DNA from: an uncultured Desulfovibrionaceae bacterium
GTDB lineage: Bacteria; Desulfobacterota; Desulfovibrionia; Desulfovibrionales; Desulfovibrionaceae
Assembly (NCBI GenBank): GCA_947037905.1
Contig: CAMQUX010000001.1
Location: 1 to 39,118 of the forward strand
Direction of reading: 5' to 3'
DNA length: 39,118 nucleotides
In this document: piece by piece, positions 36,580-39,118 of the stretch
Layout: each line of letters starts with the position of its first letter
Position numbering within the stretch: position 1 is the first letter of the stretch
Notes under the pieces: model-generated
Database searches by the model: none
What the model saw: the letters and a program-made list of their open reading frames with translations, nothing else
What the model was told of the DNA's origin: nothing
Made by a program: the position numbers and the translations under genes

Positions 36580-36994
36580 TTATTATAAAAAAAGGCTAAA
36601 ATATATAAAATTTATCTGTACTATTTATATTAACTATAAGTTTTGATATTATCTAATATGCCTTTAGATAGCTACAGTGCTCAAGTAAAGAGATAAGAAG
36701 TGTAAAAAAAATCTTGCTGAGTAATTTTTTTAAATAGAGAGTGTCAAATAAACATGAGCATAATAGCATATAATTTTAAGTAAACAAATAATAAGCAAAT
36801 AGTACATAATAAGTAAAGTAAACATGAACTACTAACAAACATATATTTTTTAGAAGCAAGTATGTTTAAGTTTATGAAAAGTAAAAGTAATTTAGCTAAA
36901 ACAAAAAATAGTTTAGCTTATGATAATTCTAAATATGAGATTTATTTGATATAAGTATTAAAGAATAAAAAAGAGAATTTAAGTAAAGGGAAAT

Positions 36995-38251
36995 ATGAAA
37001 ATTTTACATCTAAATACCTACGAAAATATGGGAGGAGCAGCACTTGCTGCCAATAGATTACATAAGGCACTTCAAAGTGTGGGTGCAGATTCGCACATGG
37101 GTGTTGCTGTAAGACAAACAGAAGATGCAAGTGTTCATAGTCTTTTAGATGATAGCGGTATAGATGAGTTTTATTTAAATAATAGAAAAATAAATGGTTT
37201 TTTAGCTGAAGAATATCCTTCTAAGCTCACAAGTATAAAATTTTCACCACAAGTGTGGCATAGCAGTATTTACCGAAAAATTAATGAACTGAAGCCAGAT
37301 ATTATTCATATGCACTGGATAGTAGATGAATTTATTCCAACATCTGCACTGCGTGGGATTAATGCACCAGTAGTTTGGACGCTACACGATACATGGGCAT
37401 TTACAGGTGGTTGTCATTATTTTGGAAAATGTAATAAATTTAAAAAAGAATGCGGCGCTTGTTTTGTGCTAAATAGTAACAAAGAGCAAGATATATCGTA
37501 TATGTCTTTTAAACAAAAAGAAAAAGTGTACACTAAAATACAACCTACAATTGTGACACTCAGTAAACGATTTAAGGAAAATGTTTTAGAAAGCACTCTA
37601 CTTGGCTCGTGCACAGTGAAGCATTTGCCAAATTGTGTAAATACAGACTTGTTTTCACATGACACTATTGTTCGCAAAAAATTTCGAGAGACACTTAATA
37701 TTGCAGAAGATACTCGAGTTATTCTTTTTGGAGCAGATGGGGCTATGCAAGATTTACGCAAAGGTCCGGATTTACTTGCGCAGGCATTAGAAAAACTAAA
37801 GGGTCTGGGTGAGGAGAATATCGTCTGCTTAGTTTTTGGTTCAAAGGAAGGAGAGCAGTTAACGTTTCCAACATATTATTTGGGAAGGGTATCTCAAGAT
37901 GATTTACCAATAGTTTATAGTAGTGCAGACATGTTTATCTGCCCATCACGAGAAGATAATCTTCCAAATACCATAATGGAATCCTTATCTTGCGCAACTC
38001 CTGTAGTTGGCTTTGATGTTGGTGGCATACCAGATATGGTAGAGCATTTAGTCTCAGGTTATATTGCAAAAGCAGAAGATGTAGAGGATTTAGCAAAAGG
38101 TATGCAATATGTTTTAGCAGATGAAGACCGAAGAAAAAAAATGAGATTAGCTGCAAGAAAAACAGTAGAAGATAGATATAGTATGGCAGTAGTTGCAAAA
38201 GAGTATCTCGCTTTATACGAGGAAGTCTTGCAGAACAAAAAGAAAGCATAA
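36995..38251 (+). CDS. Family 4 (GT-B) glycosyltransferase
   Basis: MKILHLNTYENMGGAALAANRL N-terminus and the C-terminal E-x7-E region (REDNLPNTIMESLSCATPVVGFDVGGIPDMV). An AAAGGGA SD precedes the start. Confidence 0.88.
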   Translation: MKILHLNTYENMGGAALAANRLHKALQSVGADSHMGVAVRQTEDASVHSLLDDSGIDEFYLNNRKINGFLAEEYPSKLTSIKFSPQVWHSSIYRKINELKPDIIHMHWIVDEFIPTSALRGINAPVVWTLHDTWAFTGGCHYFGKCNKFKKECGACFVLNSNKEQDISYMSFKQKEKVYTKIQPTIVTLSKRFKENVLESTLLGSCTVKHLPNCVNTDLFSHDTIVRKKFRETLNIAEDTRVILFGADGAMQDLRKGPDLLAQALEKLKGLGEENIVCLVFGSKEGEQLTFPTYYLGRVSQDDLPIVYSSADMFICPSREDNLPNTIMESLSCATPVVGFDVGGIPDMVEHLVSGYIAKAEDVEDLAKGMQYVLADEDRRKKMRLAARKTVEDRYSMAVVAKEYLALYEEVLQNKKKA

Positions 38252-38344
38252 AGGCTTTCTAAAAATAAAAATTGGACAGAATACTATGTAATATAGAGTA
38301 CGAGTATAACACAGAGTACGAGTATAATAAGGTAGACAAGTAGC

Positions 38345-39109
38345 ATGTTATTTACAATAATCACAGCAACATATAATGCTTGCGAAAATATATCTTTTCT
38401 TTATGAATCGCTAAAAAGCCAGACCTATCAGAATTTTGAGTGGATAATTCAGGATGGCGCTTCAAGTGATAATACGCTAGAGTTTATAGACTCTTATAAA
38501 GGCACATTGGATATAAGTTTAGAAAGTAAAAAAGATACAGGTATTTATGATGCGTGGAATAGTGCAATTAAAAGAATAAAAGGTGAGTGGGTAATTTTTT
38601 TAGGTGCTGATGATATTCTTTTAAACAAGACATCACTTGAAAAATTAGCCCTGTTTATAAAATATAATGAGCAGGAAAAAAATATAACTGAAGAGACTAT
38701 TTATGTGGCATCAAGTATGCTTCTAGCAGGAATATGTTATGAGCCAGATAAACATTACCTACAGAAAATGAAAAAGATGATACCTTTTCCATATCCAGCA
38801 CTGTTACATAGCGCAAAACTTTTTAAAAAGTATAACTATGATAGTGGTTTTAGAGTGGCAGGTGATTATGATTTTTTAATACGCACAATATCTAGTGGGA
38901 ATATAGTTTTTTATCCTCGAGTTCTTTGTAAAATGGGTGATAATGGAATAAGTAATACTCGTGAGAATGCACTTTTAATAGCAAAAGAAACATACGCTTT
39001 AATTAATAAATATTTTGGCGAAAAAATAGCAGCCCCTGCGTATAAGCATATGCTTTGTCTTGAAATTTTAGCAGCTAAAAAAGAAAAAGAAAGTAATATT
39101 TGTATTTAG
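38345..39109 (+). CDS. Family 2 glycosyltransferase
   Basis: FTIITATYNACENISFLYESLKSQTYQNFEWIIQDGASSDNT and FLGADD motifs. Confidence 0.85.
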   Translation: MLFTIITATYNACENISFLYESLKSQTYQNFEWIIQDGASSDNTLEFIDSYKGTLDISLESKKDTGIYDAWNSAIKRIKGEWVIFLGADDILLNKTSLEKLALFIKYNEQEKNITEETIYVASSMLLAGICYEPDKHYLQKMKKMIPFPYPALLHSAKLFKKYNYDSGFRVAGDYDFLIRTISSGNIVFYPRVLCKMGDNGISNTRENALLIAKETYALINKYFGEKIAAPAYKHMLCLEILAAKKEKESNICI

Positions 39110-39118
39110 CACAGCAAG

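Noticed and set aside
1-39118. Mobile elements, prophage genes, integrases, transposase inverted repeats, toxin-antitoxin pairs or defence systems.
   Set aside because: None of the translated ORFs shows integrase, transposase, phage or nuclease/defence hallmarks. The window reads as conserved core chromosome.

Overview
This is a visibly AT-rich bacterial chromosomal window, roughly one-third GC by eye, and it is dominated by housekeeping genes. Left to right: a 4Fe-4S protein fragment, rny, a candidate 6S RNA, a zapB-like ORF, glmU, gpsA, icd, a small basic ORF and an FmdB zinc-ribbon protein. Then comes a tightly coupled purB-pyrE-(YkuD/NTF2 protein)-(membrane protein)-(M14 carboxypeptidase) string, followed by serS, era, an orphan ORF, a MerR-like ORF directly upstream of glnA, and a Trp-codon leader with terminator in front of a solitary trpB. 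After that: usp, an acidic orphan ORF, serB, queH, hemW, cls, clpB, a cbpA-type J-protein, a YgaP-like rhodanese, two small ORFs, mnmE and three glycosyltransferases. The gene content suggests a small-genome, curved Desulfovibrionaceae-like organism; Lawsonia-like is a guess I cannot verify here. I found no mobile element, CRISPR array, prophage, toxin-antitoxin pair or recognisable defence system, so I do not claim a dramatic new system. The observations most worth follow-up are: (1) an adjacent Csd6/Pgp2-like plus Csd4/Pgp1-like peptidoglycan-trimming pair, the latter with a Gln-x-x-Glu zinc motif, coupled to purB-pyrE; (2) a classic-looking ribosome-mediated Trp attenuator controlling a stand-alone trpB; (3) a glnRA-like arrangement with an unusually long MerR-type protein; (4) a ~325-nt array of degenerate 50-62-nt tandem repeats between clpB and cls; (5) a 750-nt non-coding gap in the glycosyltransferase cluster holding an orphan terminator, a sigma-54-type -24/-12 match and tandem 11-mers; (6) a GC-enriched structured island between the zapB-like ORF and rny that looks like 6S RNA. 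All functional calls rest on motifs I recognise in the supplied translations. No database search was possible.
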